Positions 63,567-64,000 of a DNA stretch of 64,000 nucleotides are shown here, in pieces. Location of the stretch: the NCBI GenBank assembly GCA_951406725.2, contig OX597817.1, positions 97,712,001 through 97,776,000 of the forward strand. The letters are read 5' to 3'. Source of the stretch: Octopus vulgaris. Taxonomy: Eukaryota. A program made the translations under genes and the position numbers. Under the pieces are notes generated by a model. The model was not told the origin of the DNA and searched no databases. It saw only the letters and a program-made list of their open reading frames with translations. The number at the start of each line of letters is the position of its first letter. Position 1 is the stretch's first letter.

Positions 63567-64000
63567 CTGCTTTAGTTAAGAAGCAGATCATAAATTCCGT
63601 TGGGAATTTAACGGCTAGTTTCATTTTCTTAATAACTTTTGAGCTTTGTTTTTATTTTGAGAAAAGCAACTTTCACAGATAAATTTTTAGACACTATTTT
63701 CTGAATCTGGCGAGGGTATGTAGGGGATGCAAGTTTTGATTTTGCACACCTAAAAATTCTAGTGGGTGCAAGTGTACCCCCTGTTCCCGGGCCCTTGCAG
63801 ATGAAGATAGGCGTATTGGACGACATCAAAGGAAAACAATGAGGAAAGCATCGGACTGTAGTTTGAATAATTACATCTATGCGTTGGATACACAAAATTT
63901 GATTTACAATATCAATGAAAGCCGTTACATGAAGTTACCAACTGCTACGAGCATATTTTGTGTCCGTGTGTGCATTGGTCATTTGGTCGGGTCCTGTCTG

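Overview
Eukaryotic, AT-rich window made up almost entirely of transposable elements. The SINE, RTE and Penelope families and the microsatellites resemble octopus repeats; that assignment is my inference. No host protein-coding gene is supported. There is one 100-N gap at 8688-8787. Contents: RTE LINEs; several Tx1-clade LINEs; a HERO-like and a Dong/R4 RLE-type LINE; a young full-length CR1-group LINE plus a truncated twin; Penelope-like elements, one with two tandem hammerhead ribozymes; two decayed Mag-type Gypsy elements; a family of non-coding LTR elements primed by tRNA-Trp; solo LTRs; Helitron-like, mariner and hAT remnants; and tRNA-SINEs. Many nestings can be ordered from visible target-site duplications (TSDs). 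Most notable: (1) a Gypsy element with an ORF1-only (HAL1-like) LINE at the same site in both LTRs; (2) a non-coding LTR element whose LTRs are identical in U3/R but have different U5 hairpins, belonging to a family that appears to swap LTRs; (3) a full-length CR1-like LINE with an apparent 5'UTR intron and a 3' stem-loop that co-varies with a local SINE. Coordinates and alignments were done by eye; family names come from recalled motifs, not database searches.
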